Shown here: positions 40,079 through 50,430 of the stretch, piece after piece | How the letters are laid out: each line of letters begins with the position of its first letter | Numbering within the stretch: the stretch's first letter is position 1 | Virus record (IMG/VR): IMGVR_UViG_2974541498_000001 | Coordinates: 64,001-128,000 of that record | Reading direction: 5' to 3' (one strand) | From: a virus | Lineage: Duplodnaviria > Caudoviricetes | DNA length: 64,000 bases | The notes under the pieces: model-generated | What the model saw: only the letters and a program-made list of their open reading frames with translations | What the model was told of the DNA's origin: nothing | Database searches by the model: none | Position numbers and translations under genes: made by a program

Positions 40079-41543
40079 GCAAGTTATCTATCGAAGTTTT
40101 ATGGATAATACTTATGCAAAAAGAATTAGCTCATTGCCTTTAACAGAAGATTATTTCTCTAAAGAAGTTATTCCTATTGTTAAGGTTATTAATTCACATT
40201 ATCGAAAAGAAGATACACCTATTTCTGGTGAAGCAATTAATCTTGATCTAGAAAAGTCATTATCAGATAATAAAAATTATAGTGAAGAAGATATTAAAGA
40301 AATTATGAGTAAAGTTTCTGATATATCTTTGCTATCAACCTATAAAAATTATAATAATGACCAGCCAATTAAAGAGAATACAGATTCTTGGTTAAGAAAA
40401 AAGCTTGCCATGAATACTTTAACAAGAACATTATCTAATCGGTCATTAGATGATAAAGATACTATTGATTATCTTGTTAATGACTTAATGGATATTTCTT
40501 CTATTGGTGAGGACTCTGAGATTATTCATGCACAAGATCTAGTAGGTGAAGAGAATGTACAGCCTATTCATGATACTATTGAAGACAGTGTTAAAGGTTC
40601 TATTTCTCTTGGTATACCAGAGTTAGATGCGGTAATGTCTGGGGGGTTAAAGCGTAAGGAACTTGGAATGGTTGTTGCTAAAAGTGGTGGTGGTAAAACA
40701 ACCTTCTTACTCAACTTATCCTGTAATCTAATAGCTGATAAGAGGAATGTTGTTTACTTAGAATTAGAAGAAAACGATGGGACTATGTTTGCTAAAGGAT
40801 TATCTATGTTAAATAGAAAAAATGTTAAAGATCTTTTTACTGACAATGGGGAGGGATTAAATGAATTTGCTTTTAATGACCTTATGAAAAATATAAAAAA
40901 AGGTAGTGATCTTGGAAGATTAGGCCAATTTACATTATGGACGGCAGAATCTTACACAGTAACTTTATCTGCTATTGAAAAGAAGTTGCAGAAGTATTAT
41001 CAGGACAAAGGATTTTACCCAGATATGCTAATAATTGACTATCCGGAGCTATTAAAAAATGATTATATTAATAGTGGTGTCCGAGAAGAACATGCGACAG
41101 AAATGCTTACTCATTCTATTCGTGATTTAGCAAAAAAATATAATATGATTTCTTTCATTGCTAGTCAAGCGAACAGATTCGCTTATAGTCAAGTTACTAT
41201 AAAAGAAGATGGAATAGAAGGAGCTAAGGCAAAGATTAACCCAACAGAATTATCTATTAGTGTTAATCATAATGCAGAAGAAAGAGCCGCCGGATTCACT
41301 AGATTGTATATTATGAAGGCACGTAATCGAGACGAAAATTTCCCTGATGATGGTATAATTAGATTAAAGACGGATAAATCGAGTGGTAGATTAAATTCAG
41401 AAAGTGCTGAAGAAAAGAAAGAACATCAGAAAATAATTGATGAGATGGGAACTGCCTTTGACACAAACTCAGCTAAGACTAATAACAAAATGAGTTATGA
41501 ACTAACTGAGCAGCAATTAGATAAGAAGAGGAATAAATTGTGA
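40062..41543 (+). CDS. dnaB: DnaB-like replicative helicase
   Basis: AKSGGGKT, YLELEE, IIDYPEL, ASQANR, RLYIMKARN. Confidence 0.92.
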   Translation: MEETVKQVIYRSFMDNTYAKRISSLPLTEDYFSKEVIPIVKVINSHYRKEDTPISGEAINLDLEKSLSDNKNYSEEDIKEIMSKVSDISLLSTYKNYNNDQPIKENTDSWLRKKLAMNTLTRTLSNRSLDDKDTIDYLVNDLMDISSIGEDSEIIHAQDLVGEENVQPIHDTIEDSVKGSISLGIPELDAVMSGGLKRKELGMVVAKSGGGKTTFLLNLSCNLIADKRNVVYLELEENDGTMFAKGLSMLNRKNVKDLFTDNGEGLNEFAFNDLMKNIKKGSDLGRLGQFTLWTAESYTVTLSAIEKKLQKYYQDKGFYPDMLIIDYPELLKNDYINSGVREEHATEMLTHSIRDLAKKYNMISFIASQANRFAYSQVTIKEDGIEGAKAKINPTELSISVNHNAEERAAGFTRLYIMKARNRDENFPDDGIIRLKTDKSSGRLNSESAEEKKEHQKIIDEMGTAFDTNSAKTNNKMSYELTEQQLDKKRNKL

Positions 41544-42562
41544 GAAAATATATAACATCCCCAAATAGTAATCAATTCTCTTATGATGGCGCTGTGAAGC
41601 CTAGGCTAGATACTGCGAATACTCTAGTTAGCTTAGGGTATGAAAAGATAAATTTTAATATGTATGGTAGAATAGAAACAGGATCAAATGAATATAAAGA
41701 AATAACGAAACAGTTGGATTCCTTAAAAACTGGGGATTTAGTTATTCAGCAAGTTCCTAGCTATTGTAGCAATGAATTTGATAAGTATCTTAGTAGATAT
41801 ATTATAGAAAAGGGTGCCTATTCAGTTGCTTTAGTACATGATGTAGATACTCTTAGAGGATTCTATCCTAACTTTGATTCAGAAAGGATAGTATTTAATT
41901 CTTATGACTTGTTAGTAGTTGCTAGTGATAAGCTAAAGAAATATTTAATAGATTCTGGGATAACTACTAAAATAATTATTCGAGGTCCTTGGGACTACCT
42001 GCAAAATTTACCATATAGAAACCATAAGATAATTAATAATATCTATTATGCGGGTAACTTATCTAAGAGAAAAGCAGGATTCTTAGAAACTTTTAATAAA
42101 AATACTGGTCTAGTTGTAACAGTTTGTGGTAATATAAATAATAGTAAGGATTATATTGATACAAGTTTGGTAGATTATTTAGGCCCGGTTAATCCTAATA
42201 GTATCTCGTTCTCTGCTGGATGGGGATTAATTTGGGATAATGAAAATGATGATTCCGATAATTACTACCATACCTATCAGGAGTACAATTGGCCGGCTAA
42301 GCTTTCTGTCTATTTAAGAAGTGGAATCCCTGTTATTGTGTCAAAAAAGGCGCAGACTTACTCATATATTAAAGATAATCATTTAGGAATTGGGATAGAT
42401 GATATTAAAGATATTCCTATTTGTTTAAATAAGTTATCTGAAAATGATAAGATGCTTATTATGAGTAGTTGTTTTCAAGAGGCTAATAAAATAGGGAATG
42501 GTTATTATGCAAAACAAATGTCAAACAATATATTAAAAGAACTAGATATTGAAGGGAACTGA
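41540..42562 (+). CDS. GT-B glycosyltransferase, Gtf3/galactofuranosyltransferase-like
   Basis: GD.VI.Q.P, LVHDV..LR, WDY, YAGNL, GWGLIWD, YNWP.KLS.YL..GIPVIV, G.Y motifs. Confidence 0.88.
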   Translation: MRKYITSPNSNQFSYDGAVKPRLDTANTLVSLGYEKINFNMYGRIETGSNEYKEITKQLDSLKTGDLVIQQVPSYCSNEFDKYLSRYIIEKGAYSVALVHDVDTLRGFYPNFDSERIVFNSYDLLVVASDKLKKYLIDSGITTKIIIRGPWDYLQNLPYRNHKIINNIYYAGNLSKRKAGFLETFNKNTGLVVTVCGNINNSKDYIDTSLVDYLGPVNPNSISFSAGWGLIWDNENDDSDNYYHTYQEYNWPAKLSVYLRSGIPVIVSKKAQTYSYIKDNHLGIGIDDIKDIPICLNKLSENDKMLIMSSCFQEANKIGNGYYAKQMSNNILKELDIEGN

Positions 42563-42564
42563 TT

Positions 42565-43302
42565 ATGATTATTACATTAGCAGGAATGATTGGTAGCGGT
42601 AAATCTACCTTAACAACTATTTTGTCAGATTATTTGGGGACACCCGCTTATTATGAGTCAGTTACAGATAATCCTATTTTAAAGCTATTTTATAAAGATC
42701 CTAAGAGATACGCTTTTTTATTACAAGTATATTTTCTTAATACAAGATTTAGTTCTATGAAGCAAGCGTTAAAGACTAATAATAGTATTATGGATAGAAG
42801 CATTTATGAAGATTCTCTATTTTTCCATACTAATGCAAGTTTAGGTAGAGTTGGTGTTGGAGATGATTCTAAGAATCAAGTTTCTGTTTATGATAACTTG
42901 TTAGACAATATGCTAGAAGAAATCAAGGGAATGCCAAAGAAGTCCCCAGATTTAATGATAGGTATTAAGGTATCCTATGAAACAATGATTAAACGTATTA
43001 ATTTACGTGGAAGATCATTTGAACAGCCTAAGAATGACCCCGGTTTAGTTAGCTATTATAATCGACTGTTGGATGAATATGAAAAGTTCTTTAATGGTGG
43101 ATATAATGCATCCCCTATTTTGATTATTGATGGAGATAAGTATGATTTTGTAGATAATGAAGAAGATCGAGAAGAAGTTCTTAATCAAATTTCAGATAAA
43201 ATGAAGTCTATGGGATTACTTGATAGCTCATTCATTGGTAAGGAATATTCTAGAAATCAAGTAGATAGTATGTTGAATAATGTTAAAGAAATAATTGTCT
43301 AA
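42565..43302 (+). CDS. deoxynucleoside (dA/dG/dC) kinase
   Basis: GMIGSGKST, FY.DP..YAF.LQ.YFL, DRSIYED, RI..RGR. Confidence 0.93.
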   Translation: MIITLAGMIGSGKSTLTTILSDYLGTPAYYESVTDNPILKLFYKDPKRYAFLLQVYFLNTRFSSMKQALKTNNSIMDRSIYEDSLFFHTNASLGRVGVGDDSKNQVSVYDNLLDNMLEEIKGMPKKSPDLMIGIKVSYETMIKRINLRGRSFEQPKNDPGLVSYYNRLLDEYEKFFNGGYNASPILIIDGDKYDFVDNEEDREEVLNQISDKMKSMGLLDSSFIGKEYSRNQVDSMLNNVKEIIV

Positions 43303-43306
43303 GTAG

Positions 43307-44347
43307 GTGATAGCTATTAGTAACGAAATTATGCTTTTTACAGACTTTCATGCATACTCTGGATTTACAGAATTCTCTGACTCCGATAAAGAATATAAGA
43401 ATTCTAGATTTAGAAATCAATGTGAAGTATTAGATGGAATCCTTAATACTGCTGAAAAAGAAAATATTCCTGTTATTTTTGGAGGAGATTTATTTCATGT
43501 TCGTCAAAAGGTAGATATATTTGATTTTAATAATATTTTTAGGATATTTGCTAATCATCCTAAAGTTGAAGTTTATTTACTAAGAGGAAATCATGATTCC
43601 ATTAATAATCTTATGGGTTCTCCATCTTCTATAGACTCTTTTAATTTCTTACCTAATGTAAAAGTTATCACTAATCCAGAAAAGATTAATATTAATCATG
43701 TAAATGTGTTCTTCATGCCTTATGGAGAAGATAAAGATTTTATTAGGAATAAGTTAAAAGAATTTTCTGATACTGCTAATAGGCAAGGTAATCAGTCATT
43801 ATTAGTAGGTCACTTAGGAATTAACGGTGCAGAATTAATGGGAACTAAAGCCGAAGGCGAGTTTAACGCAGGAGACTTTTATCCAGATATATTTGACTTT
43901 ATCTATATGGGACATTATCATAAGAGACAAAGGATTAATGGATTAGATACATTTATCTATGGTGGAAGCACTATTCAAAATACCTTTAGTGATGCGGGTC
44001 AAGATAAAGGATACGATATTTTATCCTTTGATGGTAATACAGTATATGATAAATTTATTACAAGTTCTTCTCCAAAGTTTTTTACCTTTAGTAATTATGA
44101 TGATACAGTAAAGGAAGTAATTGATAGAGGAAACTTTGTTAGAATTAATGCCCCCGAAGAAGAGGTTAAAAAAATAGCGCTATCGGAAGATGATGAAAGT
44201 AAAGTAAGAATTTCTCCAATAAAAAATTTTGATGTAAATTCTAGATTAGATATTTCCCCGGACGATTCAGTTACTGAGGTAGTTGCTAAGTTTCTTAAAG
44301 ATAAAGGAATAGACGCGTTAGAAGAAGCGAAAGAGGTTTTGCCATAA
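43307..44347 (+). CDS. sbcD: Mre11/SbcD-like nuclease
   Basis: DFH, GGDLF, GNHD, GH, GHYH metallophosphoesterase motifs. Confidence 0.92.
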   Translation: MIAISNEIMLFTDFHAYSGFTEFSDSDKEYKNSRFRNQCEVLDGILNTAEKENIPVIFGGDLFHVRQKVDIFDFNNIFRIFANHPKVEVYLLRGNHDSINNLMGSPSSIDSFNFLPNVKVITNPEKININHVNVFFMPYGEDKDFIRNKLKEFSDTANRQGNQSLLVGHLGINGAELMGTKAEGEFNAGDFYPDIFDFIYMGHYHKRQRINGLDTFIYGGSTIQNTFSDAGQDKGYDILSFDGNTVYDKFITSSSPKFFTFSNYDDTVKEVIDRGNFVRINAPEEEVKKIALSEDDESKVRISPIKNFDVNSRLDISPDDSVTEVVAKFLKDKGIDALEEAKEVLP

Positions 44348-44862
44348 TGAACATTGATAATACAGTAACATATGATTTTGATAATTCAATTGTAGCCATG
44401 AATAAGATTTTAGCTAATCTGCATGTTTTGTGGATTAAAACGCATCAAGCACATTGGTATTTAATTAGTGGATCTGAGGGAATGACCGATTTTCTTATCT
44501 TGCATGATTGGTTAGATAAGCCATTAGATTTCTTACTAGATATGATTGATGATGTAGCAGAAAGAATTGTAATGATTAATGGAAGACCAGTTTCTACTAC
44601 ATCAGATATTTCGTTATTATCCAGTATTAGTGAAGAGAAAATTGATCTATTAGAATATAGCTCGGATTCCCTTTTAAACAGAACTGTTAATGACTTTAGA
44701 TTATTACGAAACGAAATAGCTAATTCCATTAAAGTTCTCGATGACGATGGGGATGTATCCGATAGCAATAAGCTACAAGATGATTTAAGCCAAATCAATA
44801 AGTATATTTGGTTTATGCAAGCTACCCTAGGAAGAACAACCTTAGATAGTAACCTACAATAA
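44347..44862 (+). CDS. dps: Dps/ferritin-like DNA protection protein
   Basis: K.HQAHW, LH..LD, D.VAERI...G.P, K.IWF. Confidence 0.9.
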   Translation: MNIDNTVTYDFDNSIVAMNKILANLHVLWIKTHQAHWYLISGSEGMTDFLILHDWLDKPLDFLLDMIDDVAERIVMINGRPVSTTSDISLLSSISEEKIDLLEYSSDSLLNRTVNDFRLLRNEIANSIKVLDDDGDVSDSNKLQDDLSQINKYIWFMQATLGRTTLDSNLQ

Positions 44863-44889
44863 CAATAATTACAAATAAATAATACCATA

Positions 44890-44917
44890 AATAGCCGACT
44901 AACTATCGGCTATTTTC
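44890..44917 (+). terminator. terminator after dps
   Basis: AAATAGCCGA-ctaacta-TCGGCTATTTT. Confidence 0.85.
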
Positions 44918-44918
44918 C

Positions 44919-44947
44919 TTGCATAAAATAAAAATTAATGCTATAAT
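44919..44947 (+). promoter_or_regulatory. sigma-A-type promoter for sbcC
   Basis: TTGCAT-17nt-TATAAT with TG extension. Confidence 0.8.
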
Positions 44948-44971
44948 TAATAGCATAGAGGGGGCGTTTGC

Positions 44972-46846
44972 TTGATTAAGTATAAAAATGTGGAAGCCAA
45001 TAATTTTCTAAGCTATAATCATTTTAAGCTAGATCTAGATAATCAAGGATTAGTATTAATAGAAGGACTAAATAATTCTGATAATTCTTTTAAAAGCAAT
45101 GGTAGTGGAAAAACCTCTGCATTATCAGCAATAACTTATGCCTTATATGGAATAACCTTGAACAACACTAAAGGTAATGATGTTATTAATCGACAAGAAG
45201 GGAAAAATTGCTGGGTAAAGTTGACCTTTGAATCTGGCAAGGATACATTCATTATTGAAAGATATAGAAAAGATAAGGAAAATAAAAATAAAGTAAAGAT
45301 ATTTGCTAATGGTGAAGAGATAACCGAGTCTAGTAATGCTAAAACTGATGTAACTATTAACAAATTGATTGGTGTAGACTTTGATACTTATGTAAACGCT
45401 ATTGTTTACAGTAATAATTTTTCTGATAAATCTTTTATGCAAGCGACCGATAAAGGTAAAAAGGAAATTTTGGAATCGTTAGCTAACGCTACTATATATT
45501 CAACAGCTAAGGAAAACTCTATTGATAAGCGAAAAGAACTAGAAGATCTTATTAAAGATAATGAAAACAGATTGTATAAGATTAATACAGATATTGATAA
45601 AGAAAACGACTTGTTTAATTACAAAGTTTCTGAATACAATAAAAGTATTAATAGCAAGGATTCTCTAAAGTCTTCTTTAAAAGATAAAGAAAAAGAGTAT
45701 GATAGTTTTCATGAGAATAGTCAAGACGAGTTAAAAAGTCTTTCTGATAAAAAATCTAAGATATTAAAGTCTTTTAATCAATATAAGCTAGCTATTAGTG
45801 AAAAGAATAGTATTAAGAATAGTATAAATTCTGAAAAAATGACTATCAATAATTTAAAATCACAATATTCTCAATATCTTGAATTGTATAATGAAGAAAT
45901 AAAAAAGTATAAAAATCTTAATAGTTCCCCCTATTGTTATGTTTGTGGGGCTAAGCTAGATGAAGTTCATCTTAAAAATGAACAAGATATTATTGCTAAA
46001 AAAGGTAAAGAGTATCATTCTAAGCTAGATAATATTAAGAATGCGGCCTATACTTCTAATAGCAAATTAAAGGATCTAGAAGAAAAGTATAATAATTATA
46101 TAATTGATGATAAAGATTATAGCAGTGAATTGAATAGTATAGATAGTAAGGTTAATAAAATAAACTTGACTGAGTCAAACATTTCATCTAGCATAAATGC
46201 TTTAAAGGCTTCTATTAGCAATCTTATGCTAGTTAAACCAGAGAAAGATGTTGCTAAGCTATCTGATTTAGAAAAGGAAAAGAATAACCTAACTAATAAG
46301 AATAAGGATTTAAATATTCGTAGAGACAAGTTTGACATATTAGCTAAGAGAGTGTTTAGTGATAATGGGATAAAGTCTTATCTAATGGATATGATTACTC
46401 CTTTTATTAATACACATGCTAATAACTATTTAACTAGGTTGACTAACGGAGATATATCCATAGAGCTACAAACGCAGACGGAAACAAAATCCGGGGATCT
46501 TAGAGATAAAATGGATGTTATTGTCACTAGTAAAACTGGAGCGGATAATTATGATAGTTGTTCTGCTGGAGAAAAGAAGCGCATAGAATTAGCTATGGCC
46601 TTCGCTATCCAAGATTTACTATTAAGCCAATCCAATTTAAGTGTTAACACGGCAATCTATGATGAATGTTTTGATGGACTTGATTCAATTGGTTGTGAGA
46701 ATGTTATAGATATTTTAAAGGATAAGCAAAAGCAGTTAGGTAGTATTTATGTAATCAGTCACAATGAATACTTGAAACCATTATTTAACCATGTTATTAC
46801 TGTTGAGAAGGACAAAAATGGAATAAGTAAAATAAAGGAAAATTAA
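44972..46846 (+). CDS. sbcC: Rad50/SbcC-like ATPase
   Basis: NGSGKT, CYVCG zinc hook, SAGEKKR, YDECFDGLD, ISH. Confidence 0.93.
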   Translation: MIKYKNVEANNFLSYNHFKLDLDNQGLVLIEGLNNSDNSFKSNGSGKTSALSAITYALYGITLNNTKGNDVINRQEGKNCWVKLTFESGKDTFIIERYRKDKENKNKVKIFANGEEITESSNAKTDVTINKLIGVDFDTYVNAIVYSNNFSDKSFMQATDKGKKEILESLANATIYSTAKENSIDKRKELEDLIKDNENRLYKINTDIDKENDLFNYKVSEYNKSINSKDSLKSSLKDKEKEYDSFHENSQDELKSLSDKKSKILKSFNQYKLAISEKNSIKNSINSEKMTINNLKSQYSQYLELYNEEIKKYKNLNSSPYCYVCGAKLDEVHLKNEQDIIAKKGKEYHSKLDNIKNAAYTSNSKLKDLEEKYNNYIIDDKDYSSELNSIDSKVNKINLTESNISSSINALKASISNLMLVKPEKDVAKLSDLEKEKNNLTNKNKDLNIRRDKFDILAKRVFSDNGIKSYLMDMITPFINTHANNYLTRLTNGDISIELQTQTETKSGDLRDKMDVIVTSKTGADNYDSCSAGEKKRIELAMAFAIQDLLLSQSNLSVNTAIYDECFDGLDSIGCENVIDILKDKQKQLGSIYVISHNEYLKPLFNHVITVEKDKNGISKIKEN

Positions 46847-46848
46847 AG

Positions 46849-47433
46849 ATGAGAACAATATTTGATGAAAATTTAGGAAAACTATACGTACTTAATAAGT
46901 ATAACTACAAAGAAAAACTATTAAAATTTAATAAGGACAGTTTGATTAGATGGTATCCGTTTAACAATAACTACTCCTATTATTATTCAGAGGTACATGA
47001 TAGCGTTTATTTGAGTAAGGACAGTCGGCTAGGAAGCTTTGATAACTATGGAATATCTAGTGTAGGAAGGCATGATGATTCCGGAATTCTAATCCATAAC
47101 TCTTTAGATTTACATTGCAATCAAGTTGAGAAAGATAATTACAATCTATGTGATAAAATAAATGAACTGGGATATGCTAGTTTTAATAATTCTAGTAATA
47201 GTCTAGAAGGCATAACGGATCAGATAAAAGATACTCTTGATGGAATTACTAAGCTATCAGTAGATATTACTAAGAGATATGAAGACCGACATCATGTAAA
47301 TCCAGATATTATTAATAATTATTTTGGGATTAGCTTAGGTGAGACTACTAGTGAAGAAGATTATGATTATTTCCTATTAGGTTGCTCTTATACTATGCTT
47401 AAACTGAAAAAAGATATTTTAGAGAACAGGTGA
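46849..47433 (+). CDS. hypothetical protein
   Basis: RWYP...YSY motif; conserved position before primase. Confidence 0.7.
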   Translation: MRTIFDENLGKLYVLNKYNYKEKLLKFNKDSLIRWYPFNNNYSYYYSEVHDSVYLSKDSRLGSFDNYGISSVGRHDDSGILIHNSLDLHCNQVEKDNYNLCDKINELGYASFNNSSNSLEGITDQIKDTLDGITKLSVDITKRYEDRHHVNPDIINNYFGISLGETTSEEDYDYFLLGCSYTMLKLKKDILENR

Positions 47434-47437
47434 AATT

Positions 47438-48487
47438 ATGGACTACTTAGAAAACGCATTAACCGATAACTTAGGTGATCCTTTAAGAATAGAGGATGAA
47501 TTAAGATATAATTGTCCTTTTTGCGATGATGGGCGTAATCGGCACAAGCTTTATGTTTCTACTGATAAGCGGGTATGGAACTGTTTTAATTGTGGCCGTC
47601 ATGGGTATATTACTAGTCTATTAGCTAAGATATATGATGTGGATTACAAAGAAGCCAATAATATCGCTAACAGCTTGGGAATAAGTTCATTGTCTATTAG
47701 TCCAAATTCTGAAATATCTGATGAAGAGAAACTATTAGTATATGTTAAAAATACTACGGTTAATGAGAATAAGAAAGATGATGATAATTTGGAGCTTAAA
47801 CCAGCTCCTTTTATTCATGGCTATAAGTCTTTGAAAGACAACTATATGTTACCCGAAGCTAAGCCCTTTCTAAAATATATTAATAAACGGGGATTTACAT
47901 CAGATGATATTGTTAAACATGGAATAGGATACGTTACTGATGGATATTTTAGAAAGCCAGATAGTGACATTATTAGTGTAAACAATAGTCTGGTTTTTCT
48001 TACCTATGGACTAGATGGAAAATATATTTATTGGAATACAAGATCAATTGAGCCTAATCCTTATGTAAAATCTATTAATGCCCCGATATATGATGGCTGT
48101 TATTCTAAAAAGACAGCTATATTTAATTTTAATAGTGCAATAAAAGAAAAGAATATTGTTATTACGGAAGGTGTTCCTGATGCTATTACGTTAGGAAACT
48201 CAGGAGTTGGAACTTTTGGTAAACAAGTTACTTCAGAACAAATTAAGCTAATTATTGATAACGTTTTTAAAGATCAGAATATTTATGTTATGCTAGATAT
48301 GGATGCTAAGCCTTATATTGAAAGACTAGGAAGAAAGCTATCAAATTATCATAAGAATACTTATATGGTTATTAATCCAACTGGTAAGGATGCTAACAGC
48401 CTTGGTAGAGATAAGGCTTGGGAAATAATTAATGCTAATTCCGTAAAAGTTGATGACTATGGTATTATTAAGCTAAAGCTATCGTAA
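47438..48487 (+). CDS. dnaG: DNA primase
   Basis: CPFC...C..C zinc finger, YWNTRSI, TEGVPDA, MLD.DA, KDAN TOPRIM motifs. Confidence 0.93.
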   Translation: MDYLENALTDNLGDPLRIEDELRYNCPFCDDGRNRHKLYVSTDKRVWNCFNCGRHGYITSLLAKIYDVDYKEANNIANSLGISSLSISPNSEISDEEKLLVYVKNTTVNENKKDDDNLELKPAPFIHGYKSLKDNYMLPEAKPFLKYINKRGFTSDDIVKHGIGYVTDGYFRKPDSDIISVNNSLVFLTYGLDGKYIYWNTRSIEPNPYVKSINAPIYDGCYSKKTAIFNFNSAIKEKNIVITEGVPDAITLGNSGVGTFGKQVTSEQIKLIIDNVFKDQNIYVMLDMDAKPYIERLGRKLSNYHKNTYMVINPTGKDANSLGRDKAWEIINANSVKVDDYGIIKLKLS

Positions 48488-48500
48488 GAAGGGGTAAAAA

Positions 48501-48830
48501 ATGAAATTAAATAAGTATATTGAATTAATGCAAGAAGCTTCAAACAAGTTAGATTCAGAAAAGATGGAAGAATTAGATAAGTCCCACGGAGACGAGGTAG
48601 TTACTTACCGAGAAGCTGAACAGTCTATCGCAGAAACGGTTGATGCCTTGCTTAGATACTCAGCTAATATTAAGTCTATTGAAGTAGGACAGTTCGAGAT
48701 TCTTGTAGGATTGTTAGAAAAGCATAAGTTAGTAACACAAGAAGAAATTAATAATATTCGTAAGGCACATCATGATATGATTAAGGCGGCTAACGAAGAA
48801 TTGTTAAGTACGGAAAAGGGGGGCAAGTAA
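48501..48830 (+). CDS. hypothetical protein
   Basis: RBS and tight operon spacing. Confidence 0.75.
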   Translation: MKLNKYIELMQEASNKLDSEKMEELDKSHGDEVVTYREAEQSIAETVDALLRYSANIKSIEVGQFEILVGLLEKHKLVTQEEINNIRKAHHDMIKAANEELLSTEKGGK

Positions 48831-48832
48831 TA

Positions 48833-49228
48833 TTGGCAAATAAAAAGGTATCTGATGAAGATTTAGATTTAATTGTTAAGGTTATGAGTAATCCTGAAGT
48901 TTTACAAGATAAGGATACTTTTAATAAGTTTTATGAAGCAAGTACTAAGAGCATTCGGGTAGCAGACTTAGCTTATATTGTTCCTAATGTTATTGATCGA
49001 AGACTATTATCTATTATGAATGAGCAAGCTATTGTAGAAGAAATCCTTCATAAAAAGTTTAAAGTTACCAAGGAAGAATTTAAGAAGTACACGCAGGATT
49101 ATCAAGAACGTCTTAAAAAGGAAATGGAAAAGTCCAATAAGACACAAGAAGATACCCCTAAGGAAGATACTTCTAAGTCACGTGTTGCTTCCCCAGAAGA
49201 AAAACCAGTAGATTCCGAAGGAAAGTAG
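48833..49228 (+). CDS. hypothetical protein
   Basis: RBS, TTG start, tight operon spacing. Confidence 0.7.
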   Translation: MANKKVSDEDLDLIVKVMSNPEVLQDKDTFNKFYEASTKSIRVADLAYIVPNVIDRRLLSIMNEQAIVEEILHKKFKVTKEEFKKYTQDYQERLKKEMEKSNKTQEDTPKEDTSKSRVASPEEKPVDSEGK

Positions 49229-49237
49229 GGATAGATT

Positions 49238-49867
49238 TTGGCAGATATGCACAAAGTTGGGGCTAAGAATAAGCGATCTGGTAATTCATTAGAAGCGGCA
49301 ACTGCTAAGCAATTTTCTAAGTGGTATGGCAAAGGATTCCATAGAAGCCCCGGATCTGGCGCACTTGGTTGGACCGAAATAAACGTTTCTGCTGATGTGC
49401 TTCCTCCTAATGACCTAGACTTCCCTTTTATTATCGAGTGTAAGTCTGATAAATCTAGTAACTGGAATATCGAAAACTTTATGAATAGTAATAAACATTT
49501 TCCAGTATGGTCAGCCCAAGCAGTTAGAGAAGGAATTAATACGGATAGTAAAGTTCCTTTATTAGTATTCAAAAGGAACTACGTGCATTCTTATATATCT
49601 TTCCCATATACTAGGAAGATCGTAAATAAACTAGAAGAAAAGAATATTCCCTATGCAGTATCCTTTATTACTTATACCTCGGAAATTGATAAGAAAACAG
49701 TAAAATACAAGTGTGTTGCTATTATGCTGGACTACTTATTAGATATGTTCTCTACTAAAGAGTTCGAAGATTGCTTTGATAACACATGGATTAGCTCTCT
49801 TGATAAAGAGGATAATTTAGTAGAAGATAGCTCCCCAGGGGATAAAATAAACGAAATTGAATTTTAG
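49238..49867 (+). CDS. Holliday junction resolvase (Hjc-like)
   Basis: K..G...E...AK, R.PGSG, D, IECK. Confidence 0.88.
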   Translation: MADMHKVGAKNKRSGNSLEAATAKQFSKWYGKGFHRSPGSGALGWTEINVSADVLPPNDLDFPFIIECKSDKSSNWNIENFMNSNKHFPVWSAQAVREGINTDSKVPLLVFKRNYVHSYISFPYTRKIVNKLEEKNIPYAVSFITYTSEIDKKTVKYKCVAIMLDYLLDMFSTKEFEDCFDNTWISSLDKEDNLVEDSSPGDKINEIEF

Positions 49868-49875
49868 GTGAAACG

Positions 49876-50421
49876 ATGGATAAAAATAAATTTATTTCTG
49901 ATTTAGAAAATAACACCTATGAATTGGTTGAAAGCATTGCTAATTATGATAAAGCAAAGCGTATTAACAATCTTTATTCTTTTAATGTTGTACAAGATTA
50001 CGTACAAAAATTCAAAAATGATAATGACTCAAAATATATACCAGAAGTATTAGGATTCAGGTTTACTCCTAATGAAAAAGATGATGATTTTCAAGTATTT
50101 AGAAAGTTAACTTATGCCTATAGCGATTTAACTATTAGTTGGCTATTCTTATATCTATATGATGAAGAATGGGATAGAGATGTGCCAATTACTTTATTAG
50201 ATACCTTTGACTTTCTATATGCAAGGATAAAAGAATTCTTAAATATTGAAAATTATAAAACAAATAATCAGTTAGAAATAGGAAGTTCCTACCTTAGCTT
50301 TTACCTTTATTTAAAATATAATTATATTTTGGAAGATGAGGATTTATATAAGTTTTCTGTAGTATCTAATGAGTTACTTAGTCATTATGGATGGGGTAGA
50401 CCATTGCCGGAAGGGAACTAA
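49876..50421 (+). CDS. hypothetical protein
   Basis: 181-aa ORF, AGGTG RBS. Confidence 0.7.
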   Translation: MDKNKFISDLENNTYELVESIANYDKAKRINNLYSFNVVQDYVQKFKNDNDSKYIPEVLGFRFTPNEKDDDFQVFRKLTYAYSDLTISWLFLYLYDEEWDRDVPITLLDTFDFLYARIKEFLNIENYKTNNQLEIGSSYLSFYLYLKYNYILEDEDLYKFSVVSNELLSHYGWGRPLPEGN

Positions 50422-50430
50422 GGGAATTAA

